A stretch of 64,000 bases of DNA from Bryobacterales bacterium (GTDB lineage: Bacteria; Acidobacteriota; Terriglobia; Bryobacterales; UBA6623): positions 896,001 through 960,000 of the forward strand of contig OY729428.2 of assembly GCA_963422375.2 (NCBI GenBank), written 5' to 3'. Within the stretch, counting starts at the first letter, position 1; each line of letters begins with the position of its first letter. The translations under genes and the position numbers were made by a program. The notes under the pieces are model-generated. The model was not told the DNA's origin and did not search any database. It saw only the letters and a program-made list of their open reading frames with translations. This document shows positions 59,604 through 64,000 of this stretch, in pieces.

Positions 59604-60080
59604 TTAGCGGTCGGATGGACGCTCGACAATTCCGAACAAGTTGCCGCCATGCTTCCCGCCCCACCACATCCCGGCGTACGAATCGCGATAGAAAGCGACT
59701 CGTGCGGTATAGGTCCCCATGCCGGGAATGCCCAGATCCGTAACGCCCACAACCGGGGTGTCCCCGGCCCATGTCAGCTGCACCGGAACTGGCACGGTCA
59801 CATCGGTCTCCCCGAACCGGATCCGCGCATGAAACGTCCAAAGGTCACCGGCGCGCTTGACCACCCTGTCAATCTCGTAGCGCTCGGAACGCAGCCGGAG
59901 GCCCGGGGCATCGCCGCCTCCGTCGCCATCATTTACAGGGAACAAGGTGAAGTGTCCCACGAGCACGGCACCGGCCATCGATTCCTCGAACTGCCGTTCG
60001 AGAGCCTGCTGCTCTTCCGTTGTGATCGGACTGGACCAGCAGCCGAGGGCAGGTAGCAGCGCTAGAATCGCGACTCGCAC
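59604..60080 (-). CDS. hypothetical exported protein or lipoprotein
   Basis: ALGC lipobox-like; WAGDTPV, DLGIPGMGTYTARV. Confidence 0.7.
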   Translation of the reverse strand: MRVAILALLPALGCWSSPITTEEQQALERQFEESMAGAVLVGHFTLFPVNDGDGGGDAPGLRLRSERYEIDRVVKRAGDLWTFHARIRFGETDVTVPVPVQLTWAGDTPVVGVTDLGIPGMGTYTARVAFYRDSYAGMWWGGKHGGNLFGIVERPSDR

Positions 60081-60595
60081 GCTTCCACTCTAGCCGACTG
60101 GGACCGAGGACTCCAACCGTCTCGCCGAGATCCCGGAACATCGCCAGCGGATGGACCCGATTCAGCGCGTGGAGCCTAGACGGTGCCACCCGAGCTTGTA
60201 TTGCCAACCAAGGTCGGGAGCCTCCTCGACCACCGGACTGGCGAAGTCAAGCTGCCGCGACTGCGTACCGCCGTAGCCTCGCCGTCACGATCCTCGCAGC
60301 GACCGAAGGGCCCCGGCCCTGATTCCGAGGAGCCCGTCACACTCAACGAGGGAACGCGACCGGGCGACGACCCTCGGTGCGACCACCGAGGACAGCTCCC
60401 TCCACTGCGCGTCCCGTTCGTGACCGCCGAGTCCCTCGTCACAGCCGTCACCATCCAGGGCGTGATACGGTGTCTACGCAAGAGCCTTGCTCTGGCTACA
60501 CGATTCATGTACCATGGGAATCAGGGCACGAATCTCCTGCAGTCGAAGCGTCCCTCGCACTCGATTCAGAATGATGCATCTAGAGACGGCACAGC

Positions 60596-61229
60596 ATGAC
60601 TCCGCGCCGTGAACTGCCTAGCCTTCGATCAGTTCGAAGCGTGCAAGCCCCTCCGTCAGAAGTTGACGTTCATATCCAAGGGATTCGCTGTTTTGCTGAA
60701 GAGCAGGTTGGACACCTCGGACGGATCACTCTTCTAGTTGGCGAGAACAGCACGGGAAAATCTCCGTTCCTTGCTGCCATTTCTATGCTCTCGGACTTAC
60801 TTAGACCAGATTCCATTGACTTCAATCGCCAGCCATTTGTCCTGGGATCTTATCATGATATTGCCACTATTCAGGCCAACACGTCCGGACATGTACTAGA
60901 ATTCTCCGTCGGAATAAGTGGAATACCATTTGCATCCACGAGCTCAGGCGGCATTCATTAGTTTCTTGGTTGATCAGACTGACGGATCTGATCAGAATTA
61001 TGTCGTCGAGACACACAGTGATCAAATAATTGACCGATTGCGGATTGAAAGCAGAAGGCGTAAGCTTGATCCATCGGCTTTTTCATTGCTCTATTTTGAG
61101 CACGGAGACGACGGAGCAAGAATCTATCAAATCAAGATGGATGACATGGGAAATCTAACAAAAGCCCCAACTTCCTGCCGGAACTTATTCCTGCACGAGG
61201 AGTATGTCGTACTAGGCATTGACAGTTAG
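60596..61229 (+). pseudogene. ABC/AAA-type ATPase with DUF3696-like C-terminus, internally deleted and frameshifted
   Basis: IQGIRCF, TLLVGENSTGKS (Walker A), LGSYHDI; junction near 60918 into HLHPRAQ..VVETHSDQIIDRLR..LLYFE..DDMGNL; signature and Walker B regions missing. Confidence 0.85.
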
Positions 61230-61541
61230 AATGGGAATTATATATCTGAGTGCCGAGGCAACCTATTTGGCAAATTATCAATCCATAACTTAACTTAATT
61301 CCCTACGAACCTCATCCCCTCCGAGGATCTGGCTTGATTGCCCAGCCGTGGGCCCACGGGCTGGGGGCCTGGGCGGGCCACTCCGTGGGGCCAAGGCCGC
61401 GTCCTTGCGACTGGCCGGCATCTGCAGGGCCCGCCCGGCTCCACCTGCCCTCCGATTCGGCACTTGTTCGCTCCGACGAGCATCTTTCTAGACACTCTTG
61501 AGCCTCTGAGTCGGATATTGCGAAAAATGTCGGCCGGATCC

Positions 61542-61571
61542 TTGACATCGCCAGTGCCGGTAGGGTAGCAT
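61542..61571 (+). promoter_or_regulatory. putative sigma70 promoter inside the MITE, facing the PIN gene
   Basis: TTGACA-18 nt-TAGCAT. Confidence 0.45.
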
Positions 61572-61614
61572 GGAACCGAACAGGGATTGCTATCCAAAGC
61601 TCTCAACACCCTCC

Positions 61615-61695
61615 GTGCCGAAGAACGGAGTCCAGTTCCAGAAGGGTCTCAGCCTAGGCGTCTTCCTTGCCGACTTCGGCAGCGAGGAGCAGAGC
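61615..61695 (+). pseudogene. IS1595 transposase N-terminal fragment
   Basis: VPKNGVQFQKGLSLGVFLADFGSEEQ aligns with MKRNRVQFQKGLSLGKFLQRYGSEGP of the 12411 transposase. Confidence 0.85.
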
Positions 61696-61751
61696 ACTTC
61701 TAGCCGGATATGGCGTCGTCGGCACTCAGGTATATAATTCCCATTAGAATC

Positions 61752-62180
61752 ATGTGCATCATCATTGACGCGAACAGATCCCATACCCTGATTGACGGGA
61801 GCTCGGATGCCGTCCCAGTTCGAAACTGGATCGACAATGGCGGCAGAGTAGTCTCAGGCGGGAAATTGCGTGTTGAAATGAGCAAGAATACTCGGGTACG
61901 ACGATACCTTCGTGTATTGAACCAACAAGGTCTTCTGCAGATTGTGAAGGATGAAGACATTCAGACTGAGTTGGAGAGTCTTCGTGGCACCTGTGCTTCG
62001 GACGATCATCACATAATTGCCTTGGCGCATGTATCTGGAGTGAGACTACTCTACAACGCAGATCAGTCTCTCCACATGGATTTCCGCAACAAATCATTGC
62101 TATCAAATCCACGAGGCAGTGTTTATCAAGATCGATCCCATGTTCATCTCCTACACAAAGTGACCTGCAGAAGACGCTAG
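61752..62180 (+). CDS. PIN-domain-like putative ribonuclease
   Basis: 142 aa, low GC; MCIIIDAN, VEM, SDDHHIIALA, LLYNADQSL acidic-residue pattern. Confidence 0.7.
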   Translation: MCIIIDANRSHTLIDGSSDAVPVRNWIDNGGRVVSGGKLRVEMSKNTRVRRYLRVLNQQGLLQIVKDEDIQTELESLRGTCASDDHHIIALAHVSGVRLLYNADQSLHMDFRNKSLLSNPRGSVYQDRSHVHLLHKVTCRRR

Positions 62181-62620
62181 AATCTCAGCAAATCTTACGA
62201 TTGATTCCTACTTTCTCGCAATTGGAAGAGTCAAATCAGCTGCAATTCTCCATGGCCTCGGGCGATAACAGGAGGGTTGTTCTAACCTGCTCACAAGCTC
62301 TTAGAATCGGTGCCCCGGACTATGCATCAAGAGTTTCGTTGGCAACACGAATATAGCCACAATGTATTGTTTGCGCATCCTAGTTCTGAGCCAGTCTTCG
62401 GTGAGATTGAACCGGGAGGAACAATTTAGGGCAGGGATTCCAAGCACGTGGAGTCGCCATGCCCGTTGGAGGATACTCGGGAGCGCCATGTCACGCAGGT
62501 GCGATCTGACAAGATACCTCTGTCGCAGCGGCGGAATCCGTTGGCACCGACGTTTCGGTCGGTCATGGCTAGCAGTCGAGTGACGCGTGGCGCATCCGCA
62601 TGTGCAGTGCAGTCCGGACG

Positions 62621-63508
62621 CTACTCGGGCTCGGGTCTCGTTCGCACTTCCGTCTCAGTCGGAAAATCAGCTGGCACCGGCTGAGTCACTTGGCCCGTAA
62701 CTGCCCATTCCGCACCTCGCTGGAAGGTTGCGACAAAGCCCTTGCAGCGCTGGGAGACCAGCGCGTGACCGAGAGTGGTGTGGAAGATTCGGCCCTCGCC
62801 GAAGCGGATCGTCATGAGGATCGGCTCGTGCTCACCGGTCCCTTCCGTGTCGACCCGCGAGAACGCCGTGGCCAGCACGTGCAGGTTCTTCGCTGGGCCT
62901 CTCAGCCGGTCGTAGAGCTCGTCATTCGCATGCATCCACCTCGCGGGGAGCCCCTTCGTAATCGGATGCTGCGCGTCCCGGACGTCAATCGGAAACTCGT
63001 GCCGAGTACCATGGCTGCCACCGATGCCCGGCGTGCTGTCCCGGACGAATTCGCCGTCACGGAGCCGGATGTAGGGTCCGTGCCGCTCCGTCCGGTCACC
63101 CCAGCCCCCGATTCCGATCATCTCGTTGTAGGCCGCCCACTCCGGGAAGGCATTGTTGGCCGCGTGGACGGAGACGAATGCGCCGCCCCTGCCAACGAAC
63201 GCCTCGAAGTCCGCCATCGTCCTCTGCGGCCATGGCTCTCCATTGTAGTTGGAGACCACGAGGTCGTAGTCCGAGAACGCCGGTCGGAACGAATCCAGGG
63301 GCTCGCCCGCTGGCGGGGTCGTAGCCACGTCCACCGTGAAAAGGTCGGTTTCCTCGAGATAGGTCTTGAGGTACTGCGTCGTGGTCGGCCAGATCCGATG
63401 GTTGCTCTGGCCGTCGACAATCAGGGCGGAACGCTTGGACTCCGAGCTGTCACCGCAAGCCGCCAAAGCGACGAGGACAAGCGTGACGAGGCAGGTACGG
63501 AAGGTCAT
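62621..63508 (-). CDS. ThuA-like lipoprotein
   Basis: lipobox LAAC; IVDGQSNH, VSNYNG, VHAANNAF, HPITKGLP, DELY, GRIFHTTLGH. Confidence 0.88.
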   Translation of the reverse strand: MTFRTCLVTLVLVALAACGDSSESKRSALIVDGQSNHRIWPTTTQYLKTYLEETDLFTVDVATTPPAGEPLDSFRPAFSDYDLVVSNYNGEPWPQRTMADFEAFVGRGGAFVSVHAANNAFPEWAAYNEMIGIGGWGDRTERHGPYIRLRDGEFVRDSTPGIGGSHGTRHEFPIDVRDAQHPITKGLPARWMHANDELYDRLRGPAKNLHVLATAFSRVDTEGTGEHEPILMTIRFGEGRIFHTTLGHALVSQRCKGFVATFQRGAEWAVTGQVTQPVPADFPTETEVRTRPEPE

Positions 63509-63743
63509 GGTCGGAAATCAAGCTACCACGCCGGAACGAGCGGTACTGGCTCCACGGTCCGAGGCTCGCCGCAGAATCCGCGCTCCTCGCTCGACCTGCG
63601 CCAACGGACGCTCCGAATCCTCGTTTGCGACGATATGAGGGGCGTTGTCCGCCCCCTCGCAGAGCCTGGCGGCTATCCGGTGCGTCGGAGAGAGAGGCGG
63701 GATCAATTTCGCGCTGCCCGGACTCAGCGGCAGGTTCGCAGCC

Positions 63744-64000
63744 ATGGCTAGACTTCGCGAGGTTGCCCGCTCTTGGGCGCTGTCGACGCGGGTACGCTAC
63801 TGGCTGTACCAGACGCCTGGCTTGGTGATCGTGGTCCTGGTCGCCCGGCTGGTCTCGGACTCGCTAGGCCTGCCCGAGTCCCTGGTCGCTTGGACAGCCG
63901 TGGCCTGGATCGCCAAGGATCACATGCTGTACCCCTATTTCAAGGCGGCGTACGAGAGTCCGAAACCCATCGGGCCAGAAGCCTTGATCGGTTCGGTTGG
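63744..64000 (+). CDS. NfeD-like membrane protein (partial, runs off the window)
   Basis: RYWLYQTPG, two TM helices, WIAKDHMLYP..AYE..GPEALIG. Confidence 0.6.
   Translation, partial: MARLREVARSWALSTRVRYWLYQTPGLVIVVLVARLVSDSLGLPESLVAWTAVAWIAKDHMLYPYFKAAYESPKPIGPEALIGSV

Larger units (their letters stand above)
61233..61742. mobile_element. IS1595-family-like MITE (510 bp) carrying a nested IS1595 left-end remnant
   Basis: 24-bp TIRs GGGAATTATATA(T/C)CTGAGTGCCGA (23/24); flanks GTTAGAAT at 61225-61232 and ATTAGAAT at 61743-61750. Confidence 0.85.

Noticed and set aside
60100..60595. ORFs upstream of the ATPase relic as a third component of the system
   Set aside because: No recognisable domain or coding-like composition

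Overview
GC-rich chromosomal window. Gene content (Oar-type TonB receptors, sulfatases, ThuA-domain proteins, a DUF1549 relic, split Rieske/cytochrome b operon) suggests an Acidobacterium, possibly Bryobacterales; the taxonomy is inference. Most of the window is housekeeping: lysC-dapB, tRNA-Ser(GCT), pdxST, hemW, a DinG-type helicase, four glycosyltransferases, a Tat-exported xanthine-dehydrogenase-family trio, a Rieske/cyt b/octaheme cytochrome operon with heme O synthase, kdsB, mazG and an EF-G paralogue. Three accessory or decaying patches stand out. (1) 5.8-14.4 kb, downstream of the tRNA: cbiZ and cbiB pseudogenes, a 255-bp MITE, an intact MmeI-family restriction-modification gene and a complete IS1595. 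(2) 38.8-41.4 kb: ATPase-nuclease and DUF1549 pseudogenes. (3) 60.6-62.2 kb: a lower-GC ABC-ATPase (DUF3696-like, now deleted internally) plus PIN-like nuclease pair. A 510-bp nested IS1595-type MITE splits this pair; removing it in silico puts the two genes 4 nt apart. That pair is my best candidate for an undescribed defence system. All family calls are from motif recognition; no searches were run.
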